DNA of 64,000 nucleotides from positions 167,159-231,158 of the forward strand of contig CAWBPM010000002.1 of NCBI GenBank assembly GCA_963790825.1. The letters are read 5' to 3'. Shown here in pieces: positions 29,813 to 39,694 of this stretch (positions are counted from its first letter, which is position 1; the number at the start of each line of letters is the position of its first letter). The position numbers were made by a program, and so were the translations under genes. The DNA comes from Candidatus Levyibacteriota bacterium. Lineage in GTDB: Bacteria; Patescibacteriota; Microgenomatia; Levybacterales; UBA12049. The notes beneath the pieces were generated by a model, which ran no database searches, was not told the DNA's origin, and saw only the letters and a list, made by a program, of their open reading frames with translations.

Positions 29813-30727
29813 TCAAAGAGCTGGATATTCTTGATGAAATTCTCTATTCGCTTTGTCTAAATCACTGCTAGTATCTGCCTGTAATACCCTTTCAACACGA
29901 TTAAGTACTTCTTCATCGATTTCAACTTGTCCCGAGAATGCAGGATAGTTTGTGGCAAATTCCTGCCTAGCCTGTTCGAGATCCCTTTGTGTTTGATTTC
30001 CTAGTATTCGGTCCAGATTGTCTAATATGCGTGTAGGTTTATCACCTTCTGTACCTATTTGAGCTATTCTCAAAAATCTCTTTTGTTCTTTTGCAACAGC
30101 TGCGTTAATAACTCTTGTTGCTTGGGGAATATCGAGTTGTTCAGTATTAGGATGCGCACTTTGTATCGCCTGATTCATATATACAACAGTCTCCGGGGTA
30201 AATGTACGGGAAAAAGGCAATGCAAGCGATTCTTCATCACATTCTGTAATATCGCCATCCGTTGCTCCTGCTCGAATTATGCTATAAGTATATTTCAGAG
30301 GTGGTTCAATAGACGTATCATTTACATCATAAAATATCATTCTCAATGATGCTGGATTTGCTACGTATTGTTTATATTCAGCATTTTCTGCAGGTTCTCC
30401 TAATTTGAATCTTCTAAAATCTGTACTATCTCCTTCCTCTACTGGCAATAGGCTTACATGCACGCTACCCCTAAATTGTTGCGTTGTGCTATCAGGCGTG
30501 TAGGAACCGCCAGTAATTGCTGCAGGTATAATACCAAGCGCTGTAGTTTCAATATTTGTTGCGGGATCAATTTTTGCATCCCATGAGAGAGTAGCCCCGC
30601 GTCCTCGTTGAGTTGCCAAAAAACCTATATATTCATCGGCCTTTTCTAAATAATAAGCACTCCTGACTGATGTTTTAGTCCTACTAAGTCTCGATAATTG
30701 TAGAGGGGCTTCTGCTGAGGTTGACAT
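29813..30727 (-). CDS. Hypothetical IS passenger protein
   Basis: 304-aa ORF with a C-terminal duplicated motif DLEQARQEFATNYPA / DLDKANREFHQEYPA. Confidence 0.65.
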   Translation of the reverse strand: MSTSAEAPLQLSRLSRTKTSVRSAYYLEKADEYIGFLATQRGRGATLSWDAKIDPATNIETTALGIIPAAITGGSYTPDSTTQQFRGSVHVSLLPVEEGDSTDFRRFKLGEPAENAEYKQYVANPASLRMIFYDVNDTSIEPPLKYTYSIIRAGATDGDITECDEESLALPFSRTFTPETVVYMNQAIQSAHPNTEQLDIPQATRVINAAVAKEQKRFLRIAQIGTEGDKPTRILDNLDRILGNQTQRDLEQARQEFATNYPAFSGQVEIDEEVLNRVERVLQADTSSDLDKANREFHQEYPAL

Positions 30728-30796
30728 AATTAATATATACTCTAATTTTATCTGAAAAGCAATACAAAATTATATAGGTAATTGCCAAAATAATCT

Positions 30797-31576
30797 TTAA
30801 TCGTTTTCAATTCTCTTCCACAAATCTGTTGGTAGTACCTTTGCCAGTAGTTTCTCCTTAATCGTTATATAAAACTTAAGATCGTAATACTCTTCATTCA
30901 TAACAATTCGAGTACATCTTGTTATTTTCTTTTGTTCATATGGCGTTTGGGCAACGAGAAGGACAATGGGAAACTCCACTTTTGTTTGCTCGTCCCAGTC
31001 TCCCTCAGAACAAGTACTATATCTTCGTATTTTACTTTTAATAAATCTCTTAGGAATTTTTTCATCAATAAGTTCAATAAAGTATCGTTTTGTTTTTATA
31101 TCTTTTTTCCTGACACTGATGTATCCATCTGGAAGAGGTTGAGGGAAATGCATATAACCATTAAGATCTACCATGGTATAAAATTTAAGAGTTTTTCCTT
31201 CTGTTATTGCTTGTTGTTCCAGTCGATACGAAATCTTTGCAATATCATTACAATGAGTTTTAAATCTGTCACTTCTCGTCTTTTCCCGATAGAGATTACT
31301 CAGGATATATGGCTCACATTCTTTTTGTGTTTCAAGTATTTTTCTTGATTTAAAACTCAGACAATATATTGCCGGTTTAGTTCTATTAACAAATGACTCT
31401 TTATCATAGAACTGATGAATATATCCTTTGTCCTTTAATTTCTTTAACCATTGTTGTATACGAGTTGGTAATTTATGTTTAAGATAGAGTTGAATTGTTG
31501 GCGTATCTAAGAATCTGAAGCGGTAGAGTAGTAGAAGAATCTCTAGTTGTTTTTTAGTAATATTGAGTTGTTTCAT
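30797..31576 (-). CDS. Replication-relaxation family protein (second copy; IS passenger)
   Basis: LLYRFRFL, P.IYCL, H...IA and PDGY...RYFIE; clearly homologous to 16101-16922. Confidence 0.8.
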   Translation of the reverse strand: MKQLNITKKQLEILLLLYRFRFLDTPTIQLYLKHKLPTRIQQWLKKLKDKGYIHQFYDKESFVNRTKPAIYCLSFKSRKILETQKECEPYILSNLYREKTRSDRFKTHCNDIAKISYRLEQQAITEGKTLKFYTMVDLNGYMHFPQPLPDGYISVRKKDIKTKRYFIELIDEKIPKRFIKSKIRRYSTCSEGDWDEQTKVEFPIVLLVAQTPYEQKKITRCTRIVMNEEYYDLKFYITIKEKLLAKVLPTDLWKRIEND

Positions 31577-31732
31577 ATAAAAGTGTTGCAACACCTACTT
31601 TTATAAATAGAAAGATGCTGTCAATTATACCTCAGTTAGCCTTAAATACAAGAGATAATCTGCGTGTAGCCTACACGCTATTACTAGATGATCGAAGGTA
31701 CTATTTTTAGTAGTGAAAAGTCATCTTTCATC

Positions 31733-31761
31733 TTGACAATGCTTGATCGGTCAAGTATAAT
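31733..31761 (+). promoter_or_regulatory. Consensus sigma70 promoter of the transposase with an internal palindrome
   Basis: TTGACA-N17-TATAAT with ATG 6 nt downstream; ATGCTTGA-N4-TCAAGTAT in the spacer. Confidence 0.75.
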
Positions 31762-31767
31762 ATACTC

Positions 31768-32617
31768 ATGAATATATTAAGTTTGGAGGAGAAAACGAAA
31801 GTTATTAGCGCATTAGTAGAAGGTAACTCAATAAGAGCAACTTGCCGAATGACAGGGATTGCTAAAGGTACAATTACGCGTTTATTGGTTAGTGTAGGTA
31901 GAGCATGTGCTGAGTATCAAGATAAAGTACTACGAAATCTTCCCTGTAAGAATATTCAATGCGATGAAATATGGGCATTTTGTTATGCAAAAGAAAAAAA
32001 CGTACCTGAAGAATTTAAAGGAATGTACGGGTATGGAAGTGTCTGGACATGGACTGCTCTGGATGCTGATACTAAACTTGTTCCTTCCTGGCGTATTGGA
32101 TCACGAGATGCGATAGACGGAATGACATTTATGAATGATCTAAAAAGCCGTCTTGCTAATCGGGTACAGTTAACAACTGATGGACACAAAGTTTATCTGC
32201 AAGCTGTTGAAAATGCTTTCGGTTCAGAAGTTGATTATGCAATGTTAATCAAAATATATGGAAAACAACCGGAAGAAGAAAAGAGATATAGTCCAGCTGA
32301 ATGCGTTGGAACTGAAACACAAATCATGCAGGGTAAACCTGATACTAAAAATATCTCAACAAGTTATATCGAACGACAAAACTTAACCATGCGAATGAGT
32401 ATGCGAAGATTTACAAGATTAACCAATGGGTTTTCAAAAAAGGTAGAAAACTTAGAATGTGCAATAGCACTTCATTTTATGTACTACAATTTCTGTAGGC
32501 CGCATAAAACACTTAATCAAAAAAGAAACTTAGGTATAACTCCTGCTATTGGCATCTAGTGTAGCAACTAAGCCCTGGAGGATTGAAGATATTGTAAAGC
32601 TGCTTGATTCAAATTGA
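31768..32617 (+). CDS. IS1-family DDE transposase with a +1 frameshift near the C-terminus
   Basis: HTH plus QCDEIW, TTDG and IERQN; removing one T at about 32550 restores TPAMASSVATKPWRIEDIVKLLDSN*, ending in the right TIR. Confidence 0.88.
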
Positions 32618-32698
32618 CCCACTACCATATAAATCCTCTATTTGCTAATTCGAAAAATCTCCTTTATAATAGTTGTTTGATCTTTTCTAAGCTATTCT

Positions 32699-35641
32699 AT
32701 GGATAAAATCATCATAAAAGGAGCCAGGGAGCATAATCTTAAAAATATGGACAAGATAATTATTAAGGGTGCAAGAGAGCACAATTTAAAGAATATAGAT
32801 TTGGAAATAGCGAAGAACAAATTAGTTGTTTTAACAGGTCTTTCAGGGAGCGGTAAATCGTCTCTGGCGTTTGATACGATTTATGCCGAAGGACAAAGGC
32901 GTTACGTTGAAAGTCTGTCTTCATATGCCAGACAATTTCTGGGCACAATGAAGAAGCCGGATGTTGACTTAATAGAAGGTTTATCTCCCGCAATTTCAAT
33001 TGACCAGAAAGCATCTTCTCACAATCCCCGCTCAACTGTCGGAACAGTAACTGAAATTTATGATTATCTCCGCTTATTGTTCGCCCGCGTCGGGCACCCA
33101 CATTGTCCGAATTGCGGACGTGAAATAACCCAACAATCGAAAGATCAAATCACGAGTATTATTTTGGATTTCTACAAAAAATATGTAGGTCCCGGTCAAA
33201 AAACTGTTAGAGTTCTTGTTCTGGCTCCTTTAGTAAAAGACAGAAGAGGCGAATATACGGATTTATTTTTTAGTTTAAAAAAACGGGGATACCGAAAAGT
33301 TAGAATTGATAAAAAAGTTTATTCGCTGGATGACGATGTTGTTCTGATTAAGACAAACAAACATACTATCGAACTTGTCATCGATTCGCTGGTAATTGCG
33401 CGGGAGACAGAACGGGCCAGGCTCGCAACGGACGTTGAACAAGCATTGAAATTTGGTAATGGAGAGATGATTCTCTCACTTATCCGCGACGCATCGTTTG
33501 CTCTGCCTGAATTCCCCAAAAAAATGGAAGATCATCTGTTTTCCGAGAAATTCGCCTGCCCTGTTTGTAATATTTCCATCTCCGAGGTAGAACCGAGAAT
33601 ATTTTCCTTTAATACCCCGCATGGGGCATGCCCGATGTGTTCCGGAATCGGAAGAATATTAAATGTCGACCGGGAATTGGTATTTAATGACAATCTGACA
33701 ATTAACGAAGGAGGTATTACGCCGTTTTTTAATTTATCAACGCATGACACGTGGTTTTCCCGGACTTTCCGGACATTTTGTGAAGAAAATGATATTCCAC
33801 TGAAAGTAAAACTGGAAAAAGTTTCCGACGCAAAAAAAGAATTACTCCTGAACGGTACCGGAGGTAAAGAATATTCGGTAACCGGTGAAAATCGCTGGGG
33901 ACGGGAAACGGTTATCAGCGAGCCTTTCCTGGGAATCGGACATGAACTGAAGCGGAGGTATTCGGAATCGGATTCTCAGTTTATGAAAACACAGATCGAA
34001 AAGTATATGCGCTATGATACCTGTCCCGAATGTCATGGTTCCAGACTTAAAAAAGAAGCATTATCGGTAAGCCTGAATGACAAATCAATAGTCGAGGTGA
34101 GTGATATGTCAATTGCGAAAGCACTTGTCTTTATGAATAAACTGCCGGAAATACTAAGTAATAGGGAAAATGAGATCGGGAAGCTTATTCTGCGCGAAAT
34201 CAGGCAGCGTTTGACCTTTCTTGAAGATGTGGGTCTTGAGTATCTGACGCTTAACCGGGCAGCGGCTACATTGGCAGGAGGCGAAGCGCAGCGGATTCGT
34301 CTGGCTTCGCAGATAGGATCGGGATTGACAGGCGTTTTATACGTACTTGATGAGCCGTCAATCGGACTGCATCAGCGGGATAACTCGAAACTTATTGAAA
34401 CTTTGAAAAAACTCCGTGACTTGGGAAATACCGTAATCGTTGTTGAACACGATGAGGAAACGATGATGGCGTCTGATTATATGTACGATTTCGGTCCGGG
34501 AGCAGGGGCGTATGGCGGGTGGATTATTGCCGAAGGAACGGTTGAAGAAATTAAAAAAAATCCTAACTCTGTTACCGGCTTGTACCTCTCGGATAAGAAA
34601 AAAATTTCAATTCAAAAAACTCCCGATTTTAGTTTGGTTAAAAAAGAGCTGCAAACAATTAAAATAATCGGAGCATTAGAGCATAATTTAAAAAATATAT
34701 CTGTCGAATTTCCTCTCCATAAACTGATAGTAGTCACCGGCGTTTCGGGAAGCGGAAAATCCACTTTGGTAAATGATATTTTATACCACGCGCTGATGCG
34801 TTCGCAAAATCCATATCACAGGCAAAAACCCGGCAAGTTTTCCCGGATAGAAGGAGACAAATTTATCAGAAATGTCTTTGCCATAGACCAATCGCCAATC
34901 GGCAGAACACCCCGAAGTAATCCCGTTACCTATACCGGTGCCTTTTCCTATATCAGAGAGATTTTTGCTTCGTCAAAAGAAGCGAAAATACGCGGATACG
35001 GACCGGGCAGATTTTCCTTTAACGTAAAAGGAGGCAGGTGCGAGGCGTGTGAAGGAGAGGGGCAAATTAAAATAGAAATGCAGTTTCTGCCCGACGTGTA
35101 TGTTACATGTGAAGTCTGCCTGGGGAAACAGTATAACCATGAGGCGCTTGAAATATTGTTTAACGGGAAAAATATCGCGGATGTGTTGGACATGAGTGTC
35201 GAAGAAGCATTAAAGTTTTTCTCCTTTGCACCGGGATTATCGCATAAACTGCAAACCCTCACAGACGTAGGACTTTCCTATATCGGTATCGGGCAGCCGG
35301 CGCCGACATTGTCGGGAGGAGAAGCGCAGAGAATAAAACTGGCAACGGAACTTTCAAAACGCGGCAGAGATGCCCTCTATCTTCTGGATGAACCGACGAC
35401 CGGACTTCACTTTGCCGACCTTGAAAAGCTTCTGTTTGTTCTCAGAAAACTGGTAGACGTCGGAAACACGGTAATTGTTATTGAGCACAACTTAGATGTA
35501 ATTAAAAATGCCGATTACATCATAGACCTCGGTCCTGAGGGTGGAGAAAGAGGCGGGGAAGTCGTCGCAGTCGGAACTCCTGAAGAAATAGCAAATAATC
35601 CTGCGTCGGAAACCGGGAAGTTTTTAAAGAAAGTGTTATAG
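32699..35641 (+). CDS. uvrA: Excinuclease ABC subunit A
   Basis: Two ABC domains (GLSGSGKS, GVSGSGKS, LSGGEAQR) and zinc fingers; first 16 residues duplicated. Confidence 0.97.
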   Translation: MDKIIIKGAREHNLKNMDKIIIKGAREHNLKNIDLEIAKNKLVVLTGLSGSGKSSLAFDTIYAEGQRRYVESLSSYARQFLGTMKKPDVDLIEGLSPAISIDQKASSHNPRSTVGTVTEIYDYLRLLFARVGHPHCPNCGREITQQSKDQITSIILDFYKKYVGPGQKTVRVLVLAPLVKDRRGEYTDLFFSLKKRGYRKVRIDKKVYSLDDDVVLIKTNKHTIELVIDSLVIARETERARLATDVEQALKFGNGEMILSLIRDASFALPEFPKKMEDHLFSEKFACPVCNISISEVEPRIFSFNTPHGACPMCSGIGRILNVDRELVFNDNLTINEGGITPFFNLSTHDTWFSRTFRTFCEENDIPLKVKLEKVSDAKKELLLNGTGGKEYSVTGENRWGRETVISEPFLGIGHELKRRYSESDSQFMKTQIEKYMRYDTCPECHGSRLKKEALSVSLNDKSIVEVSDMSIAKALVFMNKLPEILSNRENEIGKLILREIRQRLTFLEDVGLEYLTLNRAAATLAGGEAQRIRLASQIGSGLTGVLYVLDEPSIGLHQRDNSKLIETLKKLRDLGNTVIVVEHDEETMMASDYMYDFGPGAGAYGGWIIAEGTVEEIKKNPNSVTGLYLSDKKKISIQKTPDFSLVKKELQTIKIIGALEHNLKNISVEFPLHKLIVVTGVSGSGKSTLVNDILYHALMRSQNPYHRQKPGKFSRIEGDKFIRNVFAIDQSPIGRTPRSNPVTYTGAFSYIREIFASSKEAKIRGYGPGRFSFNVKGGRCEACEGEGQIKIEMQFLPDVYVTCEVCLGKQYNHEALEILFNGKNIADVLDMSVEEALKFFSFAPGLSHKLQTLTDVGLSYIGIGQPAPTLSGGEAQRIKLATELSKRGRDALYLLDEPTTGLHFADLEKLLFVLRKLVDVGNTVIVIEHNLDVIKNADYIIDLGPEGGERGGEVVAVGTPEEIANNPASETGKFLKKVL

Positions 35642-35790
35642 AAACAAATTTTACTAAAGTAATAATTATTTAAACTTTATTTTCAGAGCTGTAAATTAGC
35701 ATTAAAACAACCTTAGGTTAATACGTTCCGCGAGACGTAGATATAATTTAGTTTTGTAGAAACTTGTTGTTTTATAGTAAACTACGGTAT

Positions 35791-37611
35791 ATGAAGAAAT
35801 TTATTTCGTCAGTTCTTGTTTGTCTGGTTCTTCTTTTATTTTTGCCCGTTACAGGTTTTGCTTCTTCGGATTTTTCAACCGGATATAACGTCAACTACTC
35901 TGTGTCTGAAAACTCCAACACACATGCAGTTATGCAAGTAGACCTGGCCAATAAAACCAGCGAATATTTTGCTTCTTCTTACAAGATTGAAGTCGGGTTT
36001 CAGCATATCCAAAATGTCCAGGCGAATGACAGTCTTGGACCGATTACACCCATCGTTACTCAGACAAAAGAGGGAAATATTATTGCTCTGACTTTTAATA
36101 AACATGTTGTCGGTATAAATAACAGTCTTCACTTTACGTTGTCTTTTGATACACCTGATATCGCGCAAAAACTGGGAAGCATTTGGGAAATTAATATTCC
36201 GGGAATTACTAACCAGGATGATTTCACGAATTTTAACGTCAACGTTATCGTGCCAAAAAGTTTTGCCAACGCGTCATATATTAAACCGGAACAGTTAAAT
36301 AATAATTTATCATTTACGAAAGAACAGCTGGGTAAATCGGGTATTTCGATTGCCTTTGGCGAGAAGCAAATTTATGCGTTTAGTCTGAAATATCATTTAC
36401 AAAATAAGAATGTCTTTCCGGTTAATAGCGAAATTGCACTTCCCCCAAACACCAATTATCAAACAGTGTTTATCGATACGATGAACCCCCGCCCAAATAA
36501 CGTAATTATTGATAAAGACGGAAATTGGCTGGCACAATATACATTATTGCCGTCCAAAAAAATAGATGTAACCGTTACAGGACAAACTCAGCTTTCACTT
36601 TACCCTGAGCAAGAAATTCTCTCAAATTCAATGCGTGCCGATTATCTTTTACCGAGACCGTATTGGCAGACAAATAATAAAAATATTATAGAGATTGCCA
36701 AGACTTTAAAAACTCCTCAGGAAATTTATGATTATGTAGTGAACACGCTCCGCTATGATTTTTCACGAATTGGCGGCGACCAAACGAGACTCGGGGCTGC
36801 GGATGTTCTTTCCCATCCGGACCGGGCAGTTTGTCTGGAGTTTACCGATCTCTTTATCGCACTTTCCCGTGCATCGGGCATTCCCGCCCGGGAAATCGAC
36901 GGATTTGCCTATACGGAGAATGCTAAAGAACGGCCGGTTTCACTGCTCCGCGATGTTTTGCATGCCTGGCCCGAGTATTATGATTCTAAGAGTAAGATGT
37001 GGATTATGGTTGATCCGACATGGGGAAATACTACCGGAGGAGTCGATTATTTTCATACACTTGATTTTGATCACGTTGCATTCGTGATTAAGGGCGAAGA
37101 CAGTGAATATCCGATACCTGCCGGCGGATACAAGCTGGATTCAAATCAAAACAGTAAAGATATAGACATCCGTTTTACTAATTTAACAGAGACGGTTAGT
37201 CCCGAAGTGTCGATTGCTTCGAATTTCCCCTCTTTTATGATGTCCGCATTTCCCCTGGAAGGCAATATAAACATCGTAAACACCGGTCATTCTCTCGTTG
37301 ACACACAAGATTTTCTGGTGACTTCAAATGCATTAACGCCTAAAAGTCAAAAAATAGAAACTCCGCAAATTCCGCCATTCGGGCAAGCAAATACCGGTCT
37401 TACCTTTAGGGCGACATCTTTTTTGACAAACCAAAGCTTTATCTTTACAATACATGCAGGAAATCAAGCAATAGATGAGACTATTCATGTGTCTCCATTG
37501 AGCCTAAGCAAAAAATCACTGATCATAGGAGGTATTGGTGTATTATTTACGATCTTCATATTTGTCATTGCCGGAAAAACCAGGCGTTTACTTGTTTCTA
37601 AACGTAGATAG
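35791..37611 (+). CDS. Secreted/membrane transglutaminase-like protein
   Basis: Signal peptide; VCLEF, HAWPE and WIMVDPTW triad; C-terminal TM. Confidence 0.85.
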   Translation: MKKFISSVLVCLVLLLFLPVTGFASSDFSTGYNVNYSVSENSNTHAVMQVDLANKTSEYFASSYKIEVGFQHIQNVQANDSLGPITPIVTQTKEGNIIALTFNKHVVGINNSLHFTLSFDTPDIAQKLGSIWEINIPGITNQDDFTNFNVNVIVPKSFANASYIKPEQLNNNLSFTKEQLGKSGISIAFGEKQIYAFSLKYHLQNKNVFPVNSEIALPPNTNYQTVFIDTMNPRPNNVIIDKDGNWLAQYTLLPSKKIDVTVTGQTQLSLYPEQEILSNSMRADYLLPRPYWQTNNKNIIEIAKTLKTPQEIYDYVVNTLRYDFSRIGGDQTRLGAADVLSHPDRAVCLEFTDLFIALSRASGIPAREIDGFAYTENAKERPVSLLRDVLHAWPEYYDSKSKMWIMVDPTWGNTTGGVDYFHTLDFDHVAFVIKGEDSEYPIPAGGYKLDSNQNSKDIDIRFTNLTETVSPEVSIASNFPSFMMSAFPLEGNINIVNTGHSLVDTQDFLVTSNALTPKSQKIETPQIPPFGQANTGLTFRATSFLTNQSFIFTIHAGNQAIDETIHVSPLSLSKKSLIIGGIGVLFTIFIFVIAGKTRRLLVSKRR

Positions 37612-38857
37612 AAAAATTATTTACGTAGGGAAAGCCAAGAATCTAAAAGCACGGGTTTCATCGTACTTTACAAATATTAAACAACTGGGCGAGAAGACCA
37701 GGGCTCTGACAGAGCAGATAGATAAAATTAAAATTGTCATCGTTGAATCCGAACTTGAATCACTCCTCCTCGAGGCATTTTACATTAAAAAGTATAAACC
37801 AAAATACAACATCAGGCTTACCGACAGTAAATCATATCTTCTTATACGCATAACAGTTAAAGACCGTTTTCCGGCAGTTTTATTAGCCCGGAGAATGGAT
37901 GATCCGAACTCCCTTTATTTCGGGCCATATCCCAATTCTCAGGCAATTAAATCGGTATTAAAAACCCTGCGGCGTATTTTCCCCTTTATGTCGACTATAA
38001 ATCATCCGGCCCGAAGGTGTTTATATAACCACCTCGATCTTTGCCCTTGTTTACCATTTAACGATACTCGTGAAAAAAGAAAAGAAAACCTGGAAAATCT
38101 AAAAAATATTATCAGGATCCTTGAAGGCGGAACCCGAAAGTTGCTGAAAGAACTTGAAAAAGATCGGGAACTGGCAAGTAAAAACGAGAGGTTTGAAGAA
38201 GCCCTCATTCTGCAAAAACGAATTAACGCACTTCGCTATATTACGCAGCCGTTTTATCAACCCATTGAGTATGACCTGAATCCGAACTTGCGTGAAGATA
38301 TCAGACATAAAGAATTGACGGATCTTAGGAAAATTTTAGAACACGCGGGATATCTGATCGAAAAAGAAATAACCAGAATTGAATGCTACGACATTTCCCA
38401 TATCCAGGGAACAAATACCACGGGATCAATGGTAGTATTTATTAACGGAGAAAAGGAATCATCGCAATATAGAAAGTATAGAATTCGTCACTTAAAAACG
38501 CCTGATGATTTTGCTTCAATGCGGGAAGTTTTGACCAGAAGATTTAGGCATACGGAGTGGGATTACCCGGATCTTCTTGTTATTGACGGCGGAAAGGGAC
38601 AAGTATCTGCCACACTTGATGTTTTACGGGAGTTACAATTGCAAATTCCCTTGATTGGTCTTGCAAAAAGAATAGAAACAATTGTGATTCCCACAAATCA
38701 CCCAAAATTTATCTTAGATAAAAAAGAAAATTTTAGAGAAGTAGTGCTACCCCATGAACTTGGTGCCCTAAAACTTTTGATGCGGATCAGAGACGAAGCG
38801 CACAGGTTCGCGATTACATATCACCGGAAACTCCGGTCAAAAGCAGCAATTAGTTAG
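37535..38857 (+). CDS. uvrC: Excinuclease ABC subunit C (short; no C-terminal HhH)
   Basis: GIY-YIG (PGVYLF...IYVGKAKNLK), RIECYDISH, IDGGKGQ and RDEAHRFA. Confidence 0.93.
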   Translation: MVYYLRSSYLSLPEKPGVYLFLNVDRKIIYVGKAKNLKARVSSYFTNIKQLGEKTRALTEQIDKIKIVIVESELESLLLEAFYIKKYKPKYNIRLTDSKSYLLIRITVKDRFPAVLLARRMDDPNSLYFGPYPNSQAIKSVLKTLRRIFPFMSTINHPARRCLYNHLDLCPCLPFNDTREKRKENLENLKNIIRILEGGTRKLLKELEKDRELASKNERFEEALILQKRINALRYITQPFYQPIEYDLNPNLREDIRHKELTDLRKILEHAGYLIEKEITRIECYDISHIQGTNTTGSMVVFINGEKESSQYRKYRIRHLKTPDDFASMREVLTRRFRHTEWDYPDLLVIDGGKGQVSATLDVLRELQLQIPLIGLAKRIETIVIPTNHPKFILDKKENFREVVLPHELGALKLLMRIRDEAHRFAITYHRKLRSKAAIS

Positions 38858-39005
38858 GGACTGTTGAAATTTAGCTCGGCAGCCTCGCCCCGCTAACGCC
38901 TTGGCGAAGCGTACAAATTTTTCTTGATACGCAGTTCTCCCGATTCAATCGGGATTCGCTTACATCTTGCGAAAAATCTGTCTACCTCGCTCATTTCTTT
39001 AGTTT
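38858..39005. repeat. MITE-like long imperfect hairpin between convergent genes
   Basis: Nested inverted repeats around TCCCGATTCAATCGGGA; begins GGACTGTTGAAAT. Confidence 0.5.
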
Positions 39006-39045
39006 AATCATAAAAAAATCATTTATGAATAAGACAAACAAGATT

Positions 39046-39654
39046 CTAGAAGCGTTTTTTCAATATTTTTTTATCTCTCGATATCCACCACTGATCGTCC
39101 TTTTTAGCGAACCACCAATCATCGGAATTAGTTTGCATAATCGTCTCTGCCAGATCCCGGGCTACCTTTGTTTTTAATCGCTTTATGGCTGAGGGAATCC
39201 AGGTTGCGGCCCGTTTATTTCCGATGTCTACCTCTTCTTTCAAAGATAAAATCCATTCTATGTTGTCTGCATCCTTAGCCAAAATTGCCTCTTTACTAGT
39301 ACGCTCTGCATACGTCTTCAAAGTATCTAAAATATCTTTACCAAACGTCAATGTTTTTGCCAGATCCTTTACTGCCTTATGTTCGTCAGAAACTGTATAT
39401 TTTTGGTGGATGTAGTTCAGATCACTCGTTCTTGCCTCAGCCAAATCGTGAAACAAACACATTTTCATAACAGTTGCAGCGTCTACATTTTTTTCTAAGG
39501 TTGCCAGGACATAACCGATGTAAGTTACGCGATTAATATGTTCCGCGACCGATTGCTCACCGCTGCCTAAGAAATGAAAACCACTTCTTGGAGTTTTGGA
39601 AAGAATACCGACTTCGAAGAGGAAATTAACTATTGCAATACGCGCTTTCTTCAC
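39046..39654 (-). CDS. HD-domain hydrolase (YfbR/HDDC2-like)
   Basis: PRSG...QSVAEH...FHDLAEARTSD...KDAD; probable GTG start 6 nt after TATAAT. Confidence 0.85.
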   Translation of the reverse strand: MKKARIAIVNFLFEVGILSKTPRSGFHFLGSGEQSVAEHINRVTYIGYVLATLEKNVDAATVMKMCLFHDLAEARTSDLNYIHQKYTVSDEHKAVKDLAKTLTFGKDILDTLKTYAERTSKEAILAKDADNIEWILSLKEEVDIGNKRAATWIPSAIKRLKTKVARDLAETIMQTNSDDWWFAKKDDQWWISRDKKILKKRF

Positions 39655-39694
39655 GGCCTCATTATAACACGTTTCTTTTGATTTAAAAGACGAA

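Larger units (their letters stand above)
29463..32626 (+). mobile_element. IS1-family element (ISMhu11-like) with passenger genes
   Basis: 18-bp perfect TIR GGTAGTGGGTCAATTTGA; 8-bp TSD ATATAAAT at 29455-62 and 32627-34. Confidence 0.93.

Noticed and set aside
34655-34705. Third copy of the UvrA N-terminal motif (IKIIGALEHNLKNI)
   Set aside because: This is the normal start of the second ABC domain in all UvrA proteins.
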